From: Novakomyces olei
Lineage: Eukaryota
DNA: 64,000 bases
Assembly (NCBI GenBank): GCA_016906335.1
Contig: JADEYG010000012.1
Coordinates: forward strand, 806,001-870,000
Direction of reading: 5' to 3'
A program made the translations under genes and the position numbers. Position 1 is the stretch's first letter. Every line of letters starts with the position of its first letter. The notes under the pieces were generated by a model, which saw only the letters and a program-made list of their open reading frames with translations, did no database searches and was not told the origin of the DNA. This document shows positions 49,036 to 61,277 of this stretch, in pieces.

Positions 49036-49619
49036 TGCTTTAGCTTTGGGCTTTCGTCCTATTAGATTGGTGCGTATGGCATTTTATACTATTTATTTAT
49101 CATATACAATTGTAATCTTATAGTATTTTATATACAATTTTTTTAATGTTTCTTTTCTTCTTAATTTACTTTTTATTATCAGGTATACAATTAATGTAGC
49201 ACAACCCTCATACAATCTGCGCTTACATCACGAGCAACAACTCTTTTATTTCGTTTTTCTCTACTCTTTTTTATTCTTTATTTTTTTAATTTTATTCTAC
49301 TCTTCATTTTCGATCTTCTTGCTACAAAAGTAATCTCGAGCTAGAAAATATTCTGCTAAAGCGATCGATATCGTATGTACCGTAGCCCAGCGGGCCATGA
49401 TTGATCAATACCTTTTATCAGAGACATATTTGTACTATTAGCCAAAGCAGACGTGTTGAAGTTTATTGATCTGGGTGGTTGTGTGCAACTGGATTCACAA
49501 TCTATCCCTGAAAAGAAAAGGCCTTGATAAGGTGTTAATTTATTATTCTTTTTCTCCTTTACATTCTTACTCTGTTCAAGTCAAACACAGTATTCGAGGC
49601 ATTTAATATTTCTTTCACG

Positions 49620-50444
49620 ATGCCGTTTCTGCGCATCAGCATACAGCATTGCGGAAAACTGACGGGAATAATCAGCAAAAGCTATGGCGGACAATGCTCG
49701 AATTGTGCAGCAGCCGCAGCAGTACGTGCTTTCTCTCTTTCAGGGAGACGATCTCGTGGAGCATACCTGTCAGAGTTAAAGACGGAGGGCACTGAAGTTA
49801 GCCGGAAAAGGGAGAACGATAAAGTGCGAACTGCTACTTCACGCGATCGCGGCAGTATGTTTGAGAACATCCTGAGCGGTACTGAGCAGAGTCTACAAAA
49901 AATGGGCCGTGTATTTGTCGAGTCAGTGGACGATGATGCCGGTACAATTTTATTAAGCAACGGCCTCTTTTTGCGATTAGGGTCCGGTGTGCGTAATAGC
50001 CCGCACTGGGTTGATGGGCTTATGCTACTGAGTGGACGAGTCTTATTATTGCGCTCTTCCCCAAACACACCTTTATTGGCAGCAGGAAACAAAAAATTTG
50101 TGCCTGGGAAAGAAGTCCGCACACTGGAATTGAGTCCATCATGGTTAGGTACGTTGGGCGTAACTGCAGACGAGCGGCCAGAGACATTAGTAATAGGGCT
50201 GGCTGGCCACGGAGAGCCGTTGCAGATCGGACGTTACATGAACAAGAAACTGCGAAGTTTGGGGATAAATACAGAGCAAAAGTTAGCACCGGGTTGGTCT
50301 CGGGCGTCGTCTTTGTTCAACGTCATGCAGAGTGAGCACAGACGGGTGGCATTGATACTGGTACGGCGGGAGGATGCGGAAGACGACCTTGAAGACGACC
50401 TTGCTGCACCAGAAAATGTGAAGAATAATGATGGTGAGAGCTAA
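49620..50444 (+). CDS. Mitochondrial MTH938/DUF498-domain protein, NDUFAF3-like (divergent)
   Basis: Presequence-like N-terminus. PETLVIG...LRSLGINTE...ASSLFNV.QSEHRRVALIL resembles the NDUFAF3/Mth938 C-terminal pattern. Confidence 0.6.
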   Translation: MPFLRISIQHCGKLTGIISKSYGGQCSNCAAAAAVRAFSLSGRRSRGAYLSELKTEGTEVSRKRENDKVRTATSRDRGSMFENILSGTEQSLQKMGRVFVESVDDDAGTILLSNGLFLRLGSGVRNSPHWVDGLMLLSGRVLLLRSSPNTPLLAAGNKKFVPGKEVRTLELSPSWLGTLGVTADERPETLVIGLAGHGEPLQIGRYMNKKLRSLGINTEQKLAPGWSRASSLFNVMQSEHRRVALILVRREDAEDDLEDDLAAPENVKNNDGES

Positions 50445-51860
50445 TGCGAAGGCCAACGCCATTTGACAATATTACACAATATATTGGTCGTTTTAAGATA
50501 AAAGATGGAGCATAACCGTATTCAACACTATCCACTTGACAAATTTGCAGCCATTGTATATAATTTTAATCAAATTTAAGAGTCCACTAGACTACCTTGT
50601 ACGCAGACGACCAGCGTTGTCCAGATCGGTAACAATGATAATATAATAAAAGTTTAGTGAGGCAGTGGAGAGTTTCCAAAGGACCTTGTGGAGAATATAG
50701 TATATATGAGCTTAATATTTGAAATGTAATGATTCATTGTCTATGCCAAGAAGGCGGGATTGAAGAACAGGCGGTATTTATAAGGTTGAGTATTATTTAC
50801 ACTCAGCTCAAATGTACCTCAGTCCGAGAATGCAAGCATTAAGCGAATGCTTGTTTACGCGAACTCAACCAGCCATAATTCCGTTGCGCGTTGCCCCTCA
50901 TATTCATGCCAATATTCATGCCACGGCAATTGCCAATATTTGTCACAAGAATTGCGGAGTATAGAATGCATCTCTACCGCTCAACGGTCGGCAACGGTCG
51001 ACAGGTGAACACAAGGGGCGTAAATGTCAGCGAATTAGCATCCACAAGGCGGACAGTTCATATTCTTCAAGCAATCTAGACCTTTTTACACAGGCGTAGA
51101 AGAATAATTCCGGAACATTAATCGCACGCATCTATACACAAGTAAGTAGAACTAGTCATGGTTTTAATGTAAATAACGAAATGCTGCAAGGAGACTGGTA
51201 TTAGCCGGATATTGTTGGCCGAGGTTCTTTAAAGTCCCCTTTTATGAAACATCGGGCTTGCTTTCAAGTAATATAAATGGGCCGGTAACTAGCGAAAATG
51301 GGATGTATACGTTACACGACGCTACGATCGGTCACATGCTGGTGTTGATCACTTCAAACTAAATTACGATGCACGCGACGGGCGCTCATAAACATGCACA
51401 CTCTTCTTGGCCCGCAAATTAATTTGCTTTATTTAGACCGAAATGATGAATAGTCCGACAAGCTCGCCCCTCTTTGCATCGATTTTGTGCAGCATTCATC
51501 ATCACTGTATTGCGAATTATTTAGTGCCTTTTGCTTGACTTTTGGCATTGGTATACTTAATATTGTAAACTTGATTTGAAATGCTCCATATTTTAATAAA
51601 ATACCTATATATTAATATCATTGCACGCACTATCACTTCTATATATAAACACACCCAAAAATAGCCAGAATACCCTGCCGACCAACCTCGCGTGTCTATT
51701 TCCGTTACGCATTCTTGCTCATTCTACTTGTTCCCGTTTGGGACGCGCGTTCGATTTTTTGCTTTTCACCTTATAAATAGGGCAAGGTTCCCCTTGAGCT
51801 ATTATTTGCAAAACCCACCTTCGTTAATTATTGTCATTGACAACAAATTTCTTCAACACA

Positions 51861-52529
51861 ATGGTTGTTTCTACTCTCGTTTTGGCTGCTCTTGCCAGCG
51901 CCGTTTCTGCTATTCGAGTCACCCAGCCCGACTCGAACACTATCTGGACTGTCGGTACTGAAGCTACTGTGCGATTTGACACTGTCAGCACTGATCCCGA
52001 CGTTGTTGATGTGTACTTGAACCAACAATACGAGGTATCCTCTACCATCACTACGCTGCTCGCAAGCAACGTCAGCACGGCAGATGGCTCCGTTACGATT
52101 GATACGTCAAAGTTGTCTCCCGGAAAACTGTTGCAAGTTGACTTGACTCGGCCAAACTCGCCTTATTCCATCTATGCTCAGTCTACTCAATTCAACATTA
52201 CTGCTCCTGTATCGTCCTCCACGGAGTCAACCTCTACTGCTACTTCTAGCAGCTCAAGCACCGCAGATTCGAGCTCCGCTTCAGCTCACCACCCTTCTAC
52301 CGTCTCTACTCATCCCCGTGTAGTTGCTACTGGCGCGGCCGTCTCTAACGGTAGCTTTACAAATGGCACATATACCAACGGAACCACCTCTAGTGGCTCC
52401 GGCTCTGGCAGCTCTACTAGCTCTGGTTCTAGCAGTTCTCCTTCTCAGGCAAGCGGTGCTGGCCGGATCGGAGCCAGTGTTGGCGCTGTGTTACTGGGTG
52501 GCCTGGCTGCTGCCTTGTACCTTGCATAA
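51861..52529 (+). CDS. GPI-anchored Ser/Thr-rich cell-surface protein with Kre9/Knh1-like N-terminal domain
   Basis: Signal peptide, VTQP...W..G, IYAQSTQFNI, S/T-rich stalk and a hydrophobic C-terminal GPI signal. Confidence 0.88.
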   Translation: MVVSTLVLAALASAVSAIRVTQPDSNTIWTVGTEATVRFDTVSTDPDVVDVYLNQQYEVSSTITTLLASNVSTADGSVTIDTSKLSPGKLLQVDLTRPNSPYSIYAQSTQFNITAPVSSSTESTSTATSSSSSTADSSSASAHHPSTVSTHPRVVATGAAVSNGSFTNGTYTNGTTSSGSGSGSSTSSGSSSSPSQASGAGRIGASVGAVLLGGLAAALYLA

Positions 52530-53750
52530 AGCGGTTAAACTATCATAACTACTATTGATACACGTTATCTAAAGAAATCCTTTTCATTCTTTTACTTTTT
52601 TCATTTCCTGTCTGCCCTTGTTATGTTTGGGGGCCACTTTAATGTGTTTGCGCGATCCTCATTGTCAAAGAGTGGTGTGTAACATCGAGCCGGTTGTTTT
52701 GATATAGCTCAGTATAATCTCAATAATAATAACTAAATTAATAATAAATTTAGATTATTCCATGGTATGACAATATGAACTATTGAATCCCTTAAACTTT
52801 AATTGAATCCTTTGTGGTTGCGTATGGTTACCGTTGTCACCACACAAAACCTTTCTAGTGCTGAATTCTCGGCCTTATTATTTTTGTTTTTATTTGCGAT
52901 CATTCCATTACCCCTTTCGGTACGCGTTGTGCGCGCTCGCGTGATTCGCTGCGCCACTAATATTAGGGTTTTCTCACAAAAGGATAGTTTTTATTTTGCA
53001 AATATCAAGGCTCTAGTATAGAATATACGACCTTGTTTTTTGCTTCGCAAACAAGTAATTTAGACTGGGAATAAAAGGGGGCAGATTTCGACAGTTGCGG
53101 TATTACCAGTAATATTATTGGGTGGATAGACCAGTTTATTTATCGAGGAAAGAACCGATCTTTACGGAGTGTGGTAGATTGTAAATAATTTTCACTCACT
53201 TTTATCCACAAATGTCAAAATGTCAAGCTATCTTTGCCATAATATTGATGGTAGCATATATTATTTGTCCACAATAAATTTGATTCGCTCTGCCATTAAT
53301 TTTTATGCCACTATATAGCCTGATGCGTGAAGATGCGAGCACGTGCAACCTATGATGTCATTATATTTTGGACATATGGTGCCGGCACCGACAATGGTGG
53401 GGTTTACAAGACAAACAATCTCAACGTCCGCAACACAAGAAACTTGCAGGACTAAAAGAACAAACGACCCATTTTTATCCACATATATTTTGGTTGTACA
53501 TTCTTACAAATATTTGAAATCATTGTATTCATGCCACGCTTATATACGTATTATACCTCTTCGGCGATACATAAATATAAACATCATGAACCATCATTAA
53601 AAATCATAAACAATCATGAATAATAATTTTCCTGAAATCATAATAACAATATTATCATCATCATCATCATCGTCATCATCAAAGACTCGTAACAATTCCA
53701 GCCCAGCCTCAAACCTGTAGCATTACAACTTTATAATTTCTATCAGATGT

Positions 53751-56406
53751 TTACGCTTGTTGATGCTGCCGCCGTCGAGCAATCAACGTGGCCTTGTCCA
53801 AATTCAAGTCAAAAAGGCCCCCTCCGCCAACCCTTGCCCCACCAGCTCTCATCCTTCTATGAGCCTGTGGCTGTGCTTGCTGTGGCGGCTGTGGAGCAGC
53901 TTTGTTTGGTACGCTTTCAACACGTCTTTTTTTCAAAGCGTCCTGAAGACTCGTTGCCCGCATACTATGCTCGACCTGCTCAACCGTTGGTTCATCATTT
54001 GGTCCACTAAAATTACTGCCACTATCCCGCTTGTTTGTTCTTGCTGCCAGGATGACATCAGGACTAACTTGCTCTTCAATACCTTCTTCCTCGTCCTCCT
54101 CGTTCATAACGTTAAGCATATTTGCTTGCCAGTCGCCTGCATTGCCTACATTATTGCCTCCAACAGCACGTCGACGGGCTCCTTCCTCCTCCATTCGGTG
54201 GACGGCATACGTCACGTCAAAAGCTTCACGCAAGACTTGAACTCCTGGAGTCCTCATACCACGTGCAGGGCCCGGTGAACCCTCATACTCGTTGATCCAT
54301 TGAGGTGAGTCAAACCGCAATGGCGAGTCTGTGCTCTTGAATCCGGTTGGCGGAGCATCTGGTGCGGGAATAGTGGGCTCATTGACGTCACCTTTAATCC
54401 AAGGATGATCCAGAAATTGATTGATATCGTATCGCGCTGCAGCATCGACAGTGAGCAAATGCGAAATTAAATCCTGTGCCGACTTGCTAATTTCATCCCA
54501 CCAGGGAGATAAGAAAGTATACTGGCCGTGAGCAACTTTCTCTGTTAGCTGTTGAATGCTCTCATCGTAAAATGGAGGGAATCCACAGAGAAGCGTGTAA
54601 AGGACACAGCCAAGTGCCCACATATCAACAGATTTTGAATAACGTTCGTCTTTGACAATTTCAGGTGCAGTATACCCCACAGTCCCACATGGGGTCATTG
54701 TTTGCATATCCCATACAACTTTGCTTAGGCCAAAATCAGCAAGTTTAATGCGGCCGATACCGCCGGAACCCAGGCCTTGAACGAACTCCCCTTCGTCCTC
54801 TTTGTCCTCATCCTCGCCCTTGCGAACTTGAGGCGTCCTCGAGGGAACAAAGGGGATGGGGTCAAAAAGTAAATTCTCCGGTTTTATGTCCCTGTGTACC
54901 ACACCTTTTTCTTCGTGCAAATAACGGATGGCGTGAGCAACTTGCGTGATAACGTGACGTGAAAGATCTTCCGAAAAATAAGTAAGCCGCACAATTTGAT
55001 GGAATAGCTCGCCGCCCTTGCATAATTCAAGAACAAGAAAGTAATAGTCCCTTGTCTCGATAAATTCGATGAGACCAACGATGTTGGGATGATCTAGTTG
55101 CCGCATTATTTGGACTTCTTTGAGAATATTGGCCCGCTGTCGTTGTCAGTAATAGGAAAATATTAAAAAAATACTATGATGAATAATAAAAATAGTTAAA
55201 ACATCAAAAATAGTAAAAGTATTAAAACATTGAAAAAGATGAAGAAAACACGATAATATGATGCACACTCCATGGAGACACAAAAATCATCAAAAAAATT
55301 GTAAAATGATAAATCCTAAACTTTTGATGCAAATGCTAAACCAAGAGTAGTACAGCAAGGTGTTGATAACTAAATAGTACGTAGAGAATTGGTGAAAACA
55401 GCCAAAATGACGGGAAAAATCGCCATCAGATAACAGCAGCCAGAGCTGCTGATATGGTGAGAAAAACACACCTCAATGCCCTTGGGCTTCCTTTTCACAT
55501 TCGGGTGTAAATGACTCGTCTATTGTATTGGTGAATATCATAGTATGGGACACGCTTGACGAAGAGACGTATGTATTGGAGATACGGTTTGACAAAAGGA
55601 AAATAAACAAACAAGCCTGGAAAGGTGCGATTCGAAGCCGGGAAGCAGGATAGCTCGACAATATCCAAAACAGACGACGTACATTGAATTGAACATATAA
55701 AGGGGAAAAAAAGAAACGGGACAAAAAAAGTCATCAAATATTTAAAATCAAAGTAAAACCAAAAATTCAGCGCAAAATTGAAGAAGCTTGATCAGTCAAA
55801 AGGAAAATCAAGGCCGAGCAAATCTGAAAAAAAAAGCAAATCAAAATGTACGTGTTATAGTCATACCTGTGCCGGGCTAAGCTCATACTTTCGTACGGCT
55901 TTAATAGCCACTTCATCATTTGTCTTGGTATCCAATGCACGATAAACATTAGAAAAGGCCCCACTGCACATTAGCAATGTGTCCATTGAAAGCAAATGCC
56001 AACAAAATAAATCAAGGAATCCAAAAATCAAAGCATACTCTCCCATCTTCATCACAAGCTGGTATCGATCTAAACCTGGGTACTGTGGTATCCGGCCCTT
56101 GGCCTCTGCTTCCTCTGCGACAATTCGCTCGGCAGCTTCACTCCGTGCTTGTGCGGATGCAGATCTGGTACTAGTTGAGAGTGGTGAAGCGACTCCTGTG
56201 GCAGATTCATTTCCAGCAATGGAACTAGAAAATTCAGCTCCATTATTAGTAGATTTAGTTGCAGGCGCCGTTGTTGAATTGCCGCCCTGGCCACTTAAAG
56301 GCGGTTCTTGGTGGCGAGCAGACTGTGCTGGCATATTCGGCTGCTGCTTGCTGGCAGCTTGTTTCCCGTGCCGTATGAAATTCTTCAGATTCTCAATAAC
56401 CGCCAT
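53751..56406 (-). CDS. srk1: Stress-MAPK-activated CaMK-like kinase Srk1/Rck2 (with 48-nt micro-exon 55472-55519)
   Basis: Motifs LKNFIRHGKQA, KMGDGAFSNVY, VAIKAVRK, RANILKEVQIMR, HRDIKPENLL, DEGEF..G.GSGGIG insert, DFGLSK, TPCGTVGYTAPE and LFDLNLDKATLIARR. Confidence 0.93.
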
Positions 56407-56491
56407 CAGCTGAAGGAGGGAGAGAAAAGCCTGAAACAATACGAATTGTGTAATGTGCCGTTTGATCGGTTTGTGAGTGCGAGTCCTCGTT

Positions 56492-56917
56492 CTTACGTAG
56501 TAAATGGGTGAGCCAGTAACTGGAAACGGATTCTCTGCATAGTTTTTCCATTATACTTTTTCTGTATATATTTCCTAAACGTAACCCGTTAGGTACACTA
56601 TATACGTCGCATGGAACAATTACACACCCAACGAAATTCATAGTTACGTCAGGCAAAGGAGAAATAAGTAACGGCCCCGATCGTGGCAATGGATTTGCTT
56701 AATCAATGGTACTCGTCGGTTTGACGTAGTTGTTGGCTGTACTGTATTATAAAGGAATTATCAAGCATACTCTGTTTCGAAACGCAAATCATACAATGAA
56801 ATTCGGTAGTATTGGCCCTGCTATCATGATTCCTGTACTCTGCTGCCTATATATATATATATATACACAGAAATTATTCATAAACAAAATATTTGTATCC
56901 GTTCCTCCCTACGTAAT
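56492..56917. promoter_or_regulatory. Cluster of CRE/ATF-like sites upstream of srk1
   Basis: TTACGTAG near 56492, TTACGTCA at 56644-56651, TGACGTAG near 56722 and CTACGTAA near 56910. Confidence 0.55.
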
Positions 56918-57964
56918 ACCGCTCCTTGATCCACCACGTCATACTGTCCGGCTGATTTAATTAGTTTGGCAAACAAGGATCGAGAATTGTGCATTTTGGC
57001 GGCCGCAGGTAGAACAAACAAGAGAGAATTCAATCAGATACACAAAAATCTATAGTTTCTACCGTAGCTTGTTCCATGCTGCTTTGGAGGATAGAATCCA
57101 GATGAACAGGTTTTGCCCAAAAACGTGTTCATGACTGCCAATTTCGAGCGACTCTGCTCTTTTAGGCTTCAGCGCGAATTGAAACATGATTCAAATGTGA
57201 CATGCGAATAACTTGAATGTATTTGTCATATATCCAAACGATTCCAAATGATAGCAATATTGTATTAGCAGCTTTCTATTATCAGCTGTGCCTGTGTTGA
57301 AATTATAAAGGCGTGTAATGTTTAGCTGCAATAAGGCCGCAATAACGGGCAGGCAGGTTTATTGGCCTTTTTCGATCTTTCAAGTGTTTAATCATCTACG
57401 TATATCTATCAAAATACCAATGGCGTGGAAATATGATGAGAATCAATGGTAAATAAATAATAATCAAGTGGGAATGAAATCGATACGGGTTAGACCTCAA
57501 AGCTATCATAAAAATTGGTGACCAGACGAGGGTTCGTTTTAATCAACTTCAGCATGTAAAACCCGCCAAGTTCATAGCGTTCCTAGCTGTGATTGATTAA
57601 GCAGTTTTAACAGCGAAATGAAGGAATACGAGATTATAATTAATGATGAATCCGAAAGCATTTGCCAAAGATCAGAATTCTTGGCCACAATTCGTAACAA
57701 TATTTACGCTTAAACTCTGGTAAATCAGCCGAGTTTGGCGCATTCATACGAAGCAGCGTCAGGCAGATCAAGACCCGAAAAAAGTTGCATTGCGTCGATC
57801 AAAATCAACTCCCTTTATTCATTCGTCATGATGCAGCAGTAAAGTTCCAAAAGTTCCAAACCGAAACTAAAGCCAAAGCCTTCAGTTACCGGTTTAGCCT
57901 CCGCTCATAGATATGCACATATCTCCCAAGATTTCATAATCCCAAAATCAGAAACCGACGTCCA

Positions 57965-58243
57965 TTATTTTTTCTTGCTGTCACCGACACCGCTGTTCAC
58001 AATATCATGCACTACAGAGTACTTTGAATGGCCAGCGTGCTCTCCCGCCATACTGCCAATCGCCTTCTCATTTGTCTTGTTGATTGATTTTGAAATCTTT
58101 GTATTTAGCTGTGCTTCAGCTACAGCAGAAGCTTTCTTTGGTTTATAAACCCGAGCGCCCTTTTTGGGATTTTTGGCATGCTTTGTTACTCGGCCGGGGC
58201 TTGCCTTTGCCGGCTTGAACTTTTTCAGCGGGCCTTGAACCAT
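57965..58243 (-). CDS. Small basic protein, UPF0390/DUF2462 (C19orf53-like)
   Basis: MVQG..K...KKGAR...PKK....I....EK pattern; Lys-rich, 92 aa. Confidence 0.8.
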   Translation of the reverse strand: MVQGPLKKFKPAKASPGRVTKHAKNPKKGARVYKPKKASAVAEAQLNTKISKSINKTNEKAIGSMAGEHAGHSKYSVVHDIVNSGVGDSKKK

Positions 58244-58750
58244 TTTGTTGGAGTAGTATTTAATTTTTTTGTTTACTCTGTATCAGTTTTTTAACTAATA
58301 TAGCTGCAAATATGATTATACCAGCGGTCTATATTATCGAAAAGTACAAGTTTAATAATTGATGCTCCAATAGATAAAATAATATAATCAAAGGGAGTGA
58401 GATATCAGACTAGCGAGAGATACATATAGAGCTTGTATTGGAGCAGCTCACAAAAAAAAAAAAATAAGGCATTTTAATATTTGGCAGGTGAAGCGCAGTA
58501 TGTGCAAGGCCTATTCGAATAGGACATCTACACTACTCCGTTTGATTCTTTTACTTTGATTATTTTACTCGCCGGTGCTTCAATCTACAACAATATGAAG
58601 ACCGATGGAGAAGACGAATAAATATATAATTTACAGGAAAATTAATTCATGCCCAATCGAGTCTTGTGCTTGTAACCTTTTTTTTTATTTATCTTTTCGC
58701 ACTTTATCAAAACCAATCTTCTTTATCATGCAATGACCGATAACGTTATC

Positions 58751-59574
58751 CTAGACCACGCGCTTCACTTCGAAGAAGCGCTTAATATAAAACACCTGGA
58801 AAGCACAGGCGGCCACAAGCGCGACTGTTTGAAAAATGCTCCACCATTTGACACGGTTATTGGTCGATTCTGCCGTGTTGCGGTGAGTCCGCTCGCGCAT
58901 GACAATATATTGCTGTTCGTCCTTGACAGTACGAAGCGTTTCGTGTAGCAAACGAATCTCTTTCTCCAATGGATCTGCATGATCGGGATCATCATCCGAA
59001 ATGAAGATAATGCCGTGAATGTTGAACGATACTTCCTTGAATTCTTGATGATCTCGCTCCTAACGCAATTAGAACCAAATGTAGACGTATTATTGAAGGG
59101 AAATAGACAATGCCAACCCACATTTGAGAAGCAGTACCGGTGCACGCCATCCATATTTGCATCAAATTCATATTCTCCCGCGTCCACATCGTCTTTGTGG
59201 GCGATAACGTTGCCGTTTGGATCAGTGATCTACGAATTGTTAGATTAGTCGTTTCGATAAATAGTCGTTTCGATAAATAATCGATTCGATAAAATAGACT
59301 TGTTGAATGTAAACCATCAAGTAGTGGGCTCGTACAAAAAAACTGACTGTCTTTCCATTGCCATGGCCCTCTAGCGAAAACACTTGGAAAGTGACAGTCA
59401 TCTTGTCGCCTTTGCGAAGCGTCTCGTAAAAGCATTCTGTGCACCGTGTCAGCTCCCATTAATTAACGCGACCATCATACCTTGCCGACCGGGTAAAAGT
59501 TTTATCGAATGAGCTGCGGCTAAAGCCGCCAAGGCTGCCAGACAAAGCCACACCCGAATCGCCCACGACGCCAT
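58751..59574 (-). CDS. emp24: p24/EMP24 COPII cargo receptor (multi-exon)
   Basis: Signal peptide MASWAIRVWLCLAALAALAAAH, ECFYETL, YCFSN, VKDEQQYIVMRERTHRNTAESTNNRVKWWS and FFEVKRVV. Confidence 0.93.
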
Positions 59575-59972
59575 TCCCGCCAACAGTGTGCAAAAGCCTA
59601 CAGAACCTGGTGGCTAAAGTATATTCGACTAATAAATCTGTGCTCCACGACAAGTCGATATTCACAGATGATATTCATTTATTTATTTGAATAAATAATA
59701 GCCATAATGTATGCTAGCAGGAGATATAGTAGATAAACCAGTTTAAAGGAGTTACAATATTAGCATTAAAAGTAGGAGCACAAATTTATGAGAGAGTGTA
59801 CGAATACGACAAATCCTGCTCCAGTGCCATTCACGTAATGTGAGGCCATTACTATACAATCAAGATCCATACAAATCCGCACGAGATCCAAACTTAGCCT
59901 TGGGCCACAGGCATTTGGTGTCTATGCTCTGCGCTAGCTTGCGCTAATACTAGCTAGATCGAACGAATCTAC

Positions 59973-60728
59973 ATGGCTGCCGATATACGGCCACTTGCCC
60001 TGTTGCTTTCAGCTGCCTACGATGACTTGGCGCTCGGCGGCCGACGAACTAGTCAAGATTTAACCGTTTTCCCGGTTCGCCTAGAAACACCAGCCCGATC
60101 AACGTCTTCAGACTTTTTCGCGCTTTTACAGCTCGTTCGTGCTTTAGAGCGCAGTGCCTCAGATACAGACCAATCGTCATCAATATTAGATATCCAAAAA
60201 TTATTTTGCAAGCTCAAGTACGCTAGGGCTCGTGCTTCAGCATTGGCCCAAACACATCCTGCTTCACCGCTTAATGCACAAATCATATCGCGTCTTCGGG
60301 CTCTGAATGAAAAGCTATGGGAATTACGGGCAGATTGTGAGGTAGCTGAAGCAAAAGTGGAGCGTATAGCCACGAATGTGGATCCGCAGTCTCAGAGAGA
60401 TGCGCTTTTTGGTGGAAAAAGGGTACAAGAGTCTGCGGTAGACGTGCAACGCGCAAAGCAAGATGATCTTTCAGAATCTCTTTTGGCCATGTCACAATCT
60501 CTGCGACACTCGACGTTTGCCTTTTCCCGTACACTTGAACGTGACCGTGACGTATTGGGCAGGACGGAGGACGCGTTGGACAGTAATACACGCGGGATGG
60601 GAGTAACGAGCTCGAATCTTGCTGCGTTTACCAAGGGACAGGGCGTTACGTGGTGTCTACTAATGGGCGTAGTGCTAGCGGGGATACTTTCTTTTGTGTT
60701 TATGGTGGCCTTTATAAATGTTACATAG
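59973..60728 (+). CDS. use1: ER Qc-SNARE Use1
   Basis: C-terminal SNARE helix QDDLSESLLAMSQSLR...F...L..D..VL......LD.N followed by a tail-anchor TM. Confidence 0.8.
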   Translation: MAADIRPLALLLSAAYDDLALGGRRTSQDLTVFPVRLETPARSTSSDFFALLQLVRALERSASDTDQSSSILDIQKLFCKLKYARARASALAQTHPASPLNAQIISRLRALNEKLWELRADCEVAEAKVERIATNVDPQSQRDALFGGKRVQESAVDVQRAKQDDLSESLLAMSQSLRHSTFAFSRTLERDRDVLGRTEDALDSNTRGMGVTSSNLAAFTKGQGVTWCLLMGVVLAGILSFVFMVAFINVT

Positions 60729-60954
60729 ATGCTTTGCTTTCGACCTACCATATAGCATTCTGCATTGAATAAGTCAAGCGAGTCGTTTAATACTTCACAG
60801 ACAGGATTGAGTCCGTTGCATTCTGCATTGAATATGTCAAGCGAGTCATTATTGTTACGCAAAGCAATCGATCGCTTTCTCGGCCGCTATTCCATTCCCT
60901 CGTGCATCTAGCTGCCGGCTACAATGAATTGGCTTCGATATGTATATCATTTAT

Positions 60955-61085
60955 CGTACATTGAAAGTATCATATGAAAGTATCATACATTGAACGTATC
61001 ATATTGAAAGTGTCATATTAAAAGTATCATCGTACATTGGAAGTATCATACATTGAAGTTATCATATTGAAAGTACCATACATTA
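60955..61085. repeat. Degenerate ~14-16-nt tandem repeat (core TGAAAGTATCATA, ~8 copies)
   Basis: Visible periodic units upstream of the alpha/beta hydrolase. A 30-nt direct repeat also occurs at 60755-60784 and 60818-60847. Confidence 0.85.
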
Positions 61086-61277
61086 GTTATTCATATACCA
61101 CTCGCTACATACAAAGTTAATCTATACCACTCGTTCGTACATTAATTAATCATAAGCTCGGTACTACACTTTCCCAGGTATCGTACGTTTCCAGAGAAGC
61201 CCACCAGTCCGTACCGAAATCTATGTAAGCATGATGTAAATGATCTGTGTGGATTTGGTGGCGAATCAGCAGCAAGC

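Noticed and set aside
60955-61085. Repeat arrays as CRISPR or transposon ends
   Set aside because: No unique spacers, cas genes, transposase/RT ORFs or terminal inverted repeats, and the context is eukaryotic.
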